Source: Phoronis australis (Eukaryota; Animalia; Phoronida). From it: a stretch of DNA of 47,964 nt. Positions 26,201 to 37,215 of this stretch are shown piece after piece. The stretch lies in the NCBI GenBank assembly GCA_002633005.1, contig NMRA01000377.1, positions 388,657 through 436,620 on the forward strand, read 5' to 3'. The first letter of the stretch is position 1. Each line of letters opens with the position of its first letter. Made by a program: the position numbers and the translations under genes. Below the pieces are notes generated by a model, which worked only from the letters and a program-made list of their open reading frames with translations, was not told the DNA's origin and did not search any database.

Positions 26201-27604
26201 CTCACTGGAACAGTTTGAATTCAATGACCCATTGAGTGGCACTTGTAGTAGAATACCTTCACGATGCAGGACACCAACTTCAGCAATCTTCTTAGCCTCG
26301 TCTTCCGTAACCTAGACATGTGCAGTCTCTGTCACAGCGGCGCTAACTTTGTTCTTATGAGAGATGTAAATATCTCCACCCATTGAGTATTCAGACCAAT
26401 CACACCTTAGCTTTTCTATAATATGTTCTTTGAATCTTTTGGGTGCACGTACACACCAATTCAATCAGAGTCCAGCTGCTCCAGCCGACGATCATGAAGC
26501 TTTCTCAACTCAGCAAGCTTGAAAGTGCAATGTCTGAACTTCACCAACGCTACTAGCTGAGCGATTACCAAAGGATCGTATTGCTGACTAACGTAAGTTT
26601 CCTTGGCATATGACGTTTGGGCTGTTCGAACATCGTTGTTCAGATTATAACATGATAAGTGATAATGGACATCACCAGCCTTAGGGTCAATAGCAGTGTT
26701 TAAAAGTACAAGAGTCACCCAGTTCTTGGATTCTGTAGCCTAGCTGTTCAGGTGTTTGCTACAGTTTTGACTTCTCGCTCTGTATATTTGTTCATGGTCT
26801 TCATCTTGAAACTTTTCACCGCAGGCGGCACTGCATATTGGTGCGATCCACCGTTTTTTCAGACTCGATTTCTTTTCACTATCAGAGATGTTCCTGGTCA
26901 TTTTTCCAATTCCCGCTGTATAATGTATGAGTGGAAGAGTCGTCGGCATCGGTTGTGGTATTTAGCTCCATTCTTTAGCAGTTTGTTTGCTATTCCTTAA
27001 CCATCACCCAGGCTCAACAAGTTCACTCTCATTGGTAAAGGTACACCATTGTCGGCAAAACGTTTCAAATTGTTTTCAGGGTTGGTACGCACTGTATTGA
27101 CCCTTCCTTTTATATAGGCATCGTAATTTTGTGTGAGATTGTTCTTGGCGAAGGCAACATAATGACCAGTTGGTGACCTTTCTTTTAGAAATTTTGAAGG
27201 GACTGTCGTCACTTATGTTGAGGTATTGTTATCAACCCAAATGGGCGGAGATATGTCTTAAATAAGTTAAAATAGGTAAAAATGATTACTAATTACCTTT
27301 TCAGGCATTATATTCGGCCTGATTCCAAGCAACAAAAATAATAGATGTAAGAGTGAAGCTCCCCGGGACCCAAAAATATTGAAAACATGGTTTTCAATAT
27401 GCTCTAGTGATAATAATAGCTGAAATACGCCAACTTCCATTTTCGGCGGCGGCCATATTGGATTTTGTGCGTAGCGGCCACCAGGGGGTTAGCATAGTTT
27501 GTTTGCGGTGTTTTTTTAGAAGTGTTTTACCTATCCCTAACATTATACCAATTTTCAAAAACTTGTCAGAAAGTGCGCGATTTTTATGAATTCCCTCTCC
27601 GCTA
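23272..27604 (-). mobile_element. Decayed DNA transposon with long TIRs, probably Academ-like
   Basis: Termini TAGCGG...CCGCTA with ~250-bp imperfect inverted repeats (23272-23530 vs ~27350-27604). Frameshifted minus-strand fragments include YHLSCY, ETPFPLYVGLKL, GALDNIDE..FHGT, MGMFDIEMA and a terminal CGC..CKGNCKC..GLRCTTLCKC cysteine cluster. Confidence 0.7.
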
Positions 27605-28750
27605 TTACGAAATTTAACAAGTGTATTTATATTATGTTAAAAACAGACGATGATGACTTGGACGGATCCGCCTACCAGTGTTCCCCTAGTGGCAATTTTA
27701 TTTTTTTACGTTTACCTCTGTATCTTCACTAGTCGTTAACAGATTTTCATGAAATTTACTATGTAGGCACCTATTAGTGCGATGACGCTATCGTCCCGTT
27801 TTGGGATGGATTCGACCTAGTTTGCGACACCCAGTGGCCATTTTTACTGTTTTTGAGTCTGTTTTTTGGCATCCACCCCTCTATCAACCAAACCGCTCTA
27901 ACTATGATTGTGAAAATTGGCATGTATGTTCTTACTATGAAGAGGACGGTTGACGCTAAATTTCCCTTGACTTTGATTACTGTGGCGCCTCCTAGTGGCA
28001 GTTTTTTTTTGCGCCCATGGCTGTATCTCGCAAACCGTTTGCAGGATCTTTACTAAATTTAGTAAGTGTATTTATGTGATGTTGACAACGAACGATGACG
28101 ACTTTAGGATGATTCTGACTACTGGTATGCCTCTAGTGGCAATTTTAATATTTTCATAGGTCTTCAGGTGTATACTTTTGTTACTTCGTGACTATGAAGG
28201 AAAAGTTCCAAGTAGAAATTTGTTTCTGGCATTCTAATGCTGTGCTAATCTCGTATGTTGGTAAATTTGTTTTTAATTCTATGTTTGTGTGGTGCTTTAA
28301 GCAACTGATGTATAGGATGTGCTTGTATTATGAAGATCACTCACATTTTGCCCCTAGCCTATTGAGGAGACAATGACCATGCCTTTCCATTTTGCAAAGT
28401 ATAACATATATATATGCCCTCTACTGGCCACTTTATGGTACCAATAAAGAACCCTAGAAGGATACCGTACACGGTGCAATTGTGGGCGCATTTCAACACT
28501 CTGCGTTGCTGTTGTTACTGTTTTCGAGTTATTTGGCATCCAACCGTCTTTCAACCAAGCCACTTTCATGGTAATTGAGAAAATTGGGATGTATGTTAAT
28601 ACTATGAAGCGGACATCTGACGTTGATTTTCCGACTACTTTGACTACTTTGGCACCTCCTAGTGGCAGTTTTTTGTGCTCATGGCTGTGTCTCCTAAATC
28701 GTTTGCAGGATCTTTGCTATGTTAAACTAGTCTATTTATGCATGCTATGA
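27605..28750 (+). mobile_element. HINE-like element continuation including a 3' end
   Basis: Same internal modules as upstream copies; 3' subterminal TGTGGGCGCAT at 28481-28491 followed by an imperfect hairpin. Confidence 0.65.
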
Positions 28751-28824
28751 ACATTCCCACTAAATAAAATTGGTTCTAACCCCGGTGGTTAAGGTAAACG
28801 GCGGGGTATGGAAAATTGAACTAG

Positions 28825-30441
28825 ACCGTATTTATCCACCTTGGCTGAGTCGCACTCGGCTCACGATCAAAGGGATGCCGCCAGGCTGCTCTAATCATCG
28901 AGTCACGAGCGAGGATAATTGGCTTCGCTCATGCGGATATGATCAGCTGATTACAATCTAGCTAGCAGACTGTACTATTTATGGTGAGAGTTTTACATAG
29001 TTTTTACTGTAATATTTGAAAAGAGGAGCGAAAACAAATATGAGTACAACTTTGAATTTTTCAAATCGGCCCAGGATAAGAGATTTTGCAACACAGCAAC
29101 ACTCACGATTACTTTCATTCGGCGCGCACTAATACAAAAATATAGGACCCAAGTTATTTAGATTTTGGAACACATGCATTGCAATATTCAAAATACTTTT
29201 ATTATGAATCTTACAAGCTGTAAAACGACGTTGTTAATTTCATTGTGTTCATTCATTGTCATCCGTCAAATCGGCAATTTCCGAGATGTGATCTGCGGCG
29301 TGCGCGTATGTGTACAAAACACGTGATTGTTATGTTCCTGGAGTACGAAAATTAAGAAGGCTTTAACATGCCGTTATTATTGACAGGGACACGATAAAAC
29401 GAATTTGGATTTTGACTATAGTCTTGATACAGCGATCTGACTGACCACTGCGTCAGTGTCTCCGTTAGACCCAGAAATTTCACACAGCCCGGGTAGTTCA
29501 TTTCGTCCCCAACATGTAGATCGAGCCTTGGACTATTAATACTCCACGGCAGAGCTAACGACAGTCGGCCTGTGCACACAAAATCTGTGAGTTAACCAGC
29601 ACTCACCTTGCACGTTACAGCCGTTTAAGTGAAAAACAATCTAGTAAACGCCATTTTCTTGCATAATCCTCCGCCTTTTGTAACAAAAAAGTCTATCGTC
29701 GATGACCCGCACACGCACGCTCACTCACTCTCATACACAGACGACCTTCAAAACAAACGTCACGTGACAACAACATGTGTGTTCATCCAGAGATTTTTCT
29801 CTTGTTGTGGAGTACGATGTAGCGCACATTTGGACTTAATCGCAATTAATCTGGACTCCACATGAACTTTAAAAATTGTAAAACATCAGGAAGATTTCAG
29901 GTAATTTGTTGAGTCGAAACTATATTTTTATTCAAGAGTACAAGTTTTCCTATTGACGATGGCGATTCAGCGGCGACGCATCAGTCGGCAAGTTTTCGCC
30001 CTGTGATGAGCACAATTTTTTGAAAAATTATCGTAATTTAACAACGGAAGTTCATAGCAATGCACCACAATTTTGTAGAAAGACTGTCATAGGCTAAAAA
30101 TTCGTCACAAAGCGTAAATTTTATGAATCCTAGCTTCCGATTTTACCCGTTTGGGAAACCGGCTTTCAACTGCCGTAGGCTACAATAAGAATCCCCTCCC
30201 CGTGAAATGATTTTTTCTAAGCGTTTATTAGAGCCAATACAATATACAGCTTTCCACCAAGGCTAGGTGATACTACGACAATATTCTTTGTTGCATTAGT
30301 AACTGGTCTTGGCTAATATCATTTTATGGCCTGGTCATCCTTTCAGCCAAAAGTAGTTCCAGAGGTGGCTTATCAGCCAATTATTCACGCATGCTGACTC
30401 ACAATAGAAGCCTGATAAGAGTGAAGGTGGATAAATGCGGT
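28825..30441. mobile_element. Possible non-autonomous TIR element
   Basis: 18-bp inverted repeat ACCGTATTTATCCACCTT / AAGGTGGATAAATGCGGT with one mismatch, interrupting HINE-like sequence. No clear TSD. Confidence 0.45.
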
Positions 30442-30459
30442 GTTCCTACAGTTTCTTGT

Positions 30460-30853
30460 TTTAGTGGATGTGTTCACGACATGTGTGATATTGACAACGG
30501 ATGACAACTTTCGGATGGATCTGACTTCTAGTGTGCCCCCTAGTGGCAATGTTAGTTTTTACATTTACCTCTGTGTCTTCAAAGGTCCTAAACAGATTTT
30601 CTGAAAATTTTGAATATAGGCATCTGTTGGTGAGATGACGCTATCCTCCTGTTTCCGGATGGAATAGAGGTATTTTGCGCCACCTTGTGGCCATTTTTGC
30701 TGTGTTTGAGTCTCCATGCCTTTCCATTTTGTAAAGTACAACATACTACATATATGCCCTCTACTGGCCACTTTATGGTACCAATAAACAACCCTAGAAG
30801 GATACCGTACACGGTGCAATTGTGGGCGCATTTCAACGCTCTGCGTTGCTCTT
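30460..30853 (+). mobile_element. HINE-like element 3' portion
   Basis: TGTGGGCGCAT (30821-30831) is the reverse complement of the 5' motif, followed by the perfect hairpin CAACGC-TCT-GCGTTG (30834-30848). Confidence 0.7.
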
Positions 30854-33290
30854 CCCGGGTGAGAATTTGACACGTTTGACACGCTCTAAAAACGTGGAGT
30901 ATTGGAACGCTCTAAAAACGTGTCGAACGTGTAAAACGTGGCGTGTCAAACGTGTAAAATGTAGCGTGTAAAACGTGTCAAGAACGTGTCAAAAACGTGT
31001 AATTTTCGTTCCAATACTCCACGTTTGACACGCTTAGCGTGTCAAACGTGGCGATAAGCGTGTAAAACGTGGCGATAGCGTGTCGAACGTGGCGTGCCAA
31101 AACGTGGCAAAAACGTGGCACTTTTGACACGCTAGCGTGTCAAACGTGGCGATAGCGTGTCGAATGTGGCTTGCCAAAACGTGGCAAAAACGTGGCACTT
31201 TTGACACCCTAGCGTGTCAAACGTGGCGCTTTTGACACGCTAGCCTGTAATCTGTGTCATTGCCATGGTAGCGACCCTACATTTAGCCTGAGGCCGTGTA
31301 CAAGCCATAATGTTCTTGTTTATAGCAGCTCACCATCCACCATGGGAATCCATACTGAAAGCAAATGTATAAAGGGATTTCTTCTTTAAGTTACAGTTTA
31401 TTGTTACTGTTGATGTAAATAATCCAAAATGTGATAATGATATAGAATCATTAAAAGGATAATGTAACTATCCAACTCTTACCACATACTGTTGTCACTA
31501 AATTTCATTTCATCTAGAATAACATTAACACAGAAATAAGAAAATGGTTCAACATACAAATTTGAAGTGCTTAAGCTGCTATATATATGCATATAAGTCT
31601 AAGCTTTTGAGTCAGGCCAGTTGCTTGAAAACAGTTTATGAAGTAAAGAACAGACGCACTTTGTAACATCTTTGAATTACCAAGAGTGATTCAACATTTG
31701 TCATAACATTGAGTTCATGTTGATTTTGCAGCCCAAACCTCTAAACACAATGTCTTATCCTCATTCAAGCTGACACAAAATGTGAGTTGATCCAATAACA
31801 ACAATATTATGAATTGATATACTACTGAAGATGAGAGGCGTTCCAACTTCATATATTAACTGCGTAGTCAACAGTTTCTACTGACTCTTGTTTTCTGTTA
31901 CAATCAAACTTACCTGTAAAAAGAAGGACCATTTGCAAGAAAAGTTTATCAAGCCAGTGTCAACCAGAGTATATACATACTAAACTTCTGTTAGAGCTGC
32001 ACCACACTCGAAAACCATACTTCATAAGTGCTCTCCTGAGAGGACTGCACTCTCTGACAGCTAAACCAACTCTAACTCAGTATTTGGATATTTCAATAGG
32101 CAGTGAAAACTTTTGTTGCAAACTCTTTGATGTTATTGAGGGAACATGTTTAATCATTCAAATTGGGTGATTACCTCCCAGTGGCCTTTTCAGAACTGCC
32201 AAGCCTATTTAAATTGTATCTTTATTGAAGAGTTCTATCATATTTTACACGTTTGACACCGTAGCGTGTCACATTTTACACGTTTGACACGCTAACGTGG
32301 CAAATTTTACACGTTTGACACGCTAGCGTGTCAAATTTTACACGTTTGACACGCTAACGTGGCAAATTTTACACGTTTGACACGCTAACGTGGCAAATTT
32401 TACACGTTTGACACGCTAACGTGGCAAATTTTACACGTTTGACACGCTAACGTGGCAAATTTTACACGTTTGACACGCTAACGTGGCAAATTTTACACGT
32501 TTGACACGCTAACGTGGCAAATTTTACACGTTTGACACGCTAACGTGGCAAATTTTACACGTTTGACACGCTAACGTGGCAAATTTTACACGTTTGACAC
32601 GCTAACGTGGCAAATTTTACACGTTTGACACGCTAACGTGGCAAATTTTACACGTTTGACACGCTAACGTGGCAAATTTTACACGTTTGACACGCTAACG
32701 TGGCAAATTTTACACGTTTGACACGCTAACGTGGCAAATTTTACACGTTTGACACGCTAACGTGGCAAATTTTACACGTTTGACACGCTAACGTGGCAAA
32801 TTTTACACGTTTGACACGCTAACGTGGCAAATTTTACACGTTTGACACGCTAACGTGGCAAATTTTACACGTTTGACACGCTAACGTGGCAAATTTTACA
32901 CGTTTGACACGCTAACGTGGCAAATTTTACACGTTTGACACGCTAACGTGGCAAATTTTACACGTTTGACACGCTAACGTGGCAAATTTTACACGTTTGA
33001 CACGCTAACGTGGCAAATTTTACACGTTTGACACGCTAACGTGGCAAATTTTACACGTTTGACACGTTAACGTGGCAAATTTTACACGTTTGACACGCTA
33101 ACGTGGCAAATTTTACACGTTTGACACGCTAACGTGGCAAATTTTACACGTTTGACACGCTAGCGTGTCATGTTTTTACACGTTTTACACGTTAACGTGG
33201 CAATTTTGACACGTATTACACGTTTTTTTACACGTCTGACACGTTTGACACGCTCAAAAGCGTGTCAAACGTGTAAAATTCTCACCCGGG
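30854..33290. mobile_element. Non-autonomous CACTA/EnSpm(CMC)-like element with subterminal repeats
   Basis: TIRs CCCGGGTGAGAATTT(G/T)ACACGTTTGACACGCT at both ends, TT on both flanks, and ACACGT/ACGTGG subterminal repeats in both orientations. No coding capacity seen. Confidence 0.75.
32243..33171. repeat. 31-bp satellite, about 30 near-identical copies
   Basis: Unit TTTTACACGTTTGACACGCTAACGTGGCAAA starting at 32243, 32274, 32305 and onward. Confidence 0.97.
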
Positions 33291-33990
33291 TTGTTTCCAT
33301 TTTCCTTTGCTTCTGTGAAGTTTCTTGACAGATTTTTATGAAATATGGTGAATAGTTTTCTATTAAAGAAGCAATAACATGTTCCCGTTTTTGTATGGAT
33401 TATACGTTATTGCGCCATCTAGTGGCCGTTGTTATGATACAAATAAACCCTTACAGCACACCATTTGCGATGCATTCGCGGGCGCAATTCGACCCTCTGC
33501 GTTGCTCTTGTTAATTTTATACCAGTATTGAAAGTTTGACATTTTATCAAACTTACACACAATACACTGCTAGCGTGACAGACTCGACATGTTCCCATTA
33601 CATGGTTGTCTGTTCTACTGGTAAGAATTAGCTGGTAGCCAATGCAACAGTCAAAAATAGGTCTCAGATATCGACCAATGTTCCGCTCTTGTCGTTATTA
33701 CTGTGAATGTGTGTTCAAATCTATGCAATTGTATTTGAAATAATCCATTTTTCCATGGTCTGGTACGCTTAATATCTACATTTTGTAATAAAAGTCAAAC
33801 TTCCCTCGCAAGCTATTTCAAATTAATAACTTTAGAACTTTCATTTTAATCAATCACTCAAGTGTTATAAAAGCAGATTAGTTTATTGTCTGAATTGAAT
33901 GCAGATGCAGCCTAAATATGTGTATGGTGGATACATGTCACTGATGCAATAAGGTTAAAAGTATATCGATGGTCATGTTATTTTTAACAG

Positions 33991-34329
33991 CACCATGAAG
34001 CGGTCAAGTGGTCTTACATGAACTTGGGAGTCGATGCATTTCCACATTTCTTGGACGAGCGCAGGGTTCTTTATCACGTGAGTGAGAAACTAATTGGAGG
34101 AAGTTCTGGATGTCCAGGACTGGTCAGCGATGGACAAGATAATGCTTGTGTGGCTGTGGTCAACACCTTCCAGTTTCCTGACGTTCCCCACCACTTAGTA
34201 GGCGTCGTCAATATCCCTAACGAATATATAGTGGAACAGGGTGTTCGCATCGAAGCCATCTATGGTGATTTGCATGACCGAAATCCTCGTCTTTGTGACG
34301 ACATATTTCCACATGGAATGCCCACCTGA
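33991..34329 (+). CDS. Trypsin-like (FAM111-type) protease terminal exon, carrying the catalytic Ser
   Basis: tttttaacag| acceptor, phase 0 matching the previous exon. Encodes GGSSGCP (Ser codon at 34105-34107) and EQGVRIEAIYGDL...DIF; TGA at 34327-34329. Confidence 0.87.
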   Translation, partial: HHEAVKWSYMNLGVDAFPHFLDERRVLYHVSEKLIGGSSGCPGLVSDGQDNACVAVVNTFQFPDVPHHLVGVVNIPNEYIVEQGVRIEAIYGDLHDRNPRLCDDIFPHGMPT

Positions 34330-35849
34330 TGCGTTATCTGGTGGATGAGTGTCAATCAGGTTAATGTGATGACATCACTATACAATAATGCAGGTTGCCT
34401 GACAAATATGCTGTATGTTGCGTATTTTACTTTTACTTCCATGCAGTTGATTTGATGTCAGTGATTTTCGGCACCGCTTAAGAAACTGTGTTCTCCTCAT
34501 TATAGTGGGATCATTTCTTGGACCTTGAAACACAGTGGTAACAATTGTTTATTGAGAGATGTTCTTGGGAATGGGAGACTGCTGTATTATGGCTAATTTG
34601 TTTGTGTTGGTGTGTAAAAGTGTGTTTGTATATGAGTGAAGTAAGTGTATTTACAGGAAACAGGTTTCAGTGATGTACTAAATAATTGATGTACTTAAGA
34701 CTCTAATGACATTCCTCAATTCCGATTAATATTGTAAACATATATAAAGCACTATGCTAGGACCATTCTGGATTACACTGTCAGACTTGAATTATGCTGC
34801 GTTCATCAACAATGGAATGGCCATCAAGCCGTAGCCTTGTTTTTGCCATTGGAGTTCTATGTTAGTATTTGTTGTCATCGTCGTATTATTTGCTTGGATA
34901 AACCTGACAAACATCTGTGGATGCATGGTGTTAATTAAGTTTTGGTTTTTGACATGACCTGTGAAAATATACCTGGCATTCCAAAATGAGGCCAATGAAA
35001 ACAACATGCTTTCTTGTTACCTCCAGGCCAAGGAAAGTTCTAGTGCCGTGTAATCCAGGACAACTGGTTGGTTCTTGTGTAAGCCCTTGGCCATTTGTTG
35101 CACAGTTGGTATGTGTAAGAGTGTGTATCTTTGGATGTTCATAGTTTAGCCTTGTATTCCCAAATGTTGTGCTACCTGATAAATATGATTTCCAACCCCA
35201 CGCACACCGCTTAGGACATTCGTTATAGTCGATGTTAAAATGTCATAAATTTTGACAGACCGTTTTAAAACGGATTATATCTCATGCAAACTGCAAACTT
35301 TACTGAGAAACACACTACAAGGCATCTCACCATTGAAGAAGGTGTGTGTCCCTGGACAGTTAAGTCTAAATTGTACATAGCGGTTACATTGGTGCATATT
35401 TATATCCACTGTCCTTCAATATACATATAGCCAGGTGATCACTTGGTAGTACATAAGGCTCCGGTATGCTACAATGAACTGTGTATCTGCATTCTCAATG
35501 TGGCTACTTTTGTCTGTATTTATATCAGCTTGAAGTGCCAGTGACAGGGTAGATGTACATAGTGGAACCATGTGTAGTCATTACTATATGATAAAGCAAA
35601 ACATATACCACGCCTATTGCTTTCTGAGTGTGATTTATTATGCTTGAAATGTTCAATGTGTATGAAACTTGAAGTGTTCCATTGTGTAATGTGAACTTTG
35701 AAATAGCCAGTTGTATGTTTGTAGCTTATCAAGTTTAGATTGAGGGTCTATGAAGTTTGAAATGGCATAGTGTATTTTATGCAGTTTGAAATGTCACCTA
35801 ATTCGTGTGTGAAGCTTGACATTATTATGAGGCTTGAAATGTCATGTTG

Positions 35850-37215
35850 TATACAGGAAACTCAATTATGAAAATTGAATTACTTTGGGCCTGTATTAGC
35901 AAGCTTGAAATGTTCTGCTGTGTGTGTGCGAAGCTTATAAACTTTACATTGTTCCAGTCTGTTTGAAGATTGAAATCCCATAGTATGTACTATAAAGTTT
36001 GAAATGTAACCTTTTTGTGTGTGAAGCTTATGAGGTTAGAATTGCCTCAGGCCTGTGTTATAAAGCTTGAAATGCCCTACTGTGTGTGTTAAGCTTGTGA
36101 AGTATGAATTGCCCTAGGCATATATTGTGGAGCTTGAAATGTATTATTGTGTGTGGGCCGCTTGTGAAGTTTGACTTGCCTTAGGCCTGTATTATAAAGC
36201 TTGACATGCCCTACTGTGTGTGTTAAGCTTGTGAAGTTTGACTTGCCCTAGGCATGTATTGTGGAGCTTGAAATGTATTATTGTGTGTGTTAAGCTTGTG
36301 AAGTTTGAATTGCCCTAGGCATGAATTATGGAGCTTGAAATGTATTATTGTGTGTGGGCCGCTTGTGAAGTTTTACTTGTCATAGGCCTGTATTATGAAG
36401 TTTGAAACGTTGTATTGTGCATGTGTGTGGAAGCTTATACATTTTGAATTGCTTTAGGCATGTATTACGAAGCTTGAAATGTTCTATACATGTCTGTGGA
36501 AGCTTATGAGTTGAATTGCTTTGAGCTTCATTTTTAACGCTTGAAATGTGTTATTGTTTGTGGGAAGCTTATGAAGTTTGATTTGCCTTAGGCCTGTACT
36601 ATGAAGCTTGAAATGTGTTATTGTTTGCGGGAAGCTTATGAAGTTTGACTTGCCTTAGGCCTGTACTATGAAGCTTGAAAACTCCCATTGTGTGTGGGAA
36701 GCTTGTGAAGTTTGAATTGCCTTTGGCCTGTATTATGAAATTTGAAATATCTTATCATGCATTGGAAGCTTATGAAGTTTGAATTGGCCTAGGTATGCAT
36801 TAAGAAGCTTTTAATGTTTTATTGCAAATGGGAAGCTTATGGAGTTTGAAATGCCATATTTATGTATCATGGAGTCTGAAATGTTCTACTATATGTGGAA
36901 AGCTTAATGAAGTTTGAAATGCCATATTTATGTATCATTGAGTCTGAAATGTTCTCTTATATGTGGAAAGCTTAATGAAGTTTGAAATGCCATATTTATG
37001 TATCATTGAGTCTGAAATGTTCTCTTATATGTGGAAAGCTTAATGAAGTTTGATGTGCCATATTTCTTATCATTGAGTCTGAAATGTTCTCTTATATGTG
37101 GAAAGCTTTATGAAGTTTGAAATGCCTGTGTGAATGAAGCTTGATAATGCACATGTGTATAATATGAAGCTTAAAGCGACTTAGTTTGATGTGAAACTTA
37201 TGAAGTTTGAAATCG
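35850..37215. repeat. Degenerate ~65-67-bp minisatellite
   Basis: gcttgtgaagtttga recurs at 36093, 36160, 36227 and 36294 (67-bp spacing). Each unit has two related halves containing aagcttg or aagtttg. Confidence 0.85.

Noticed and set aside
32243-33171. 31-bp array as a CRISPR locus
   Set aside because: No unique spacers, no cas genes and a eukaryotic context; it is a head-to-tail satellite.
5448-34329. Assigning the symbols MFHAS1, LRRK2 or FAM111A
   Set aside because: No kinase domain is seen, similarity is at family level only, and orthology cannot be established by eye.
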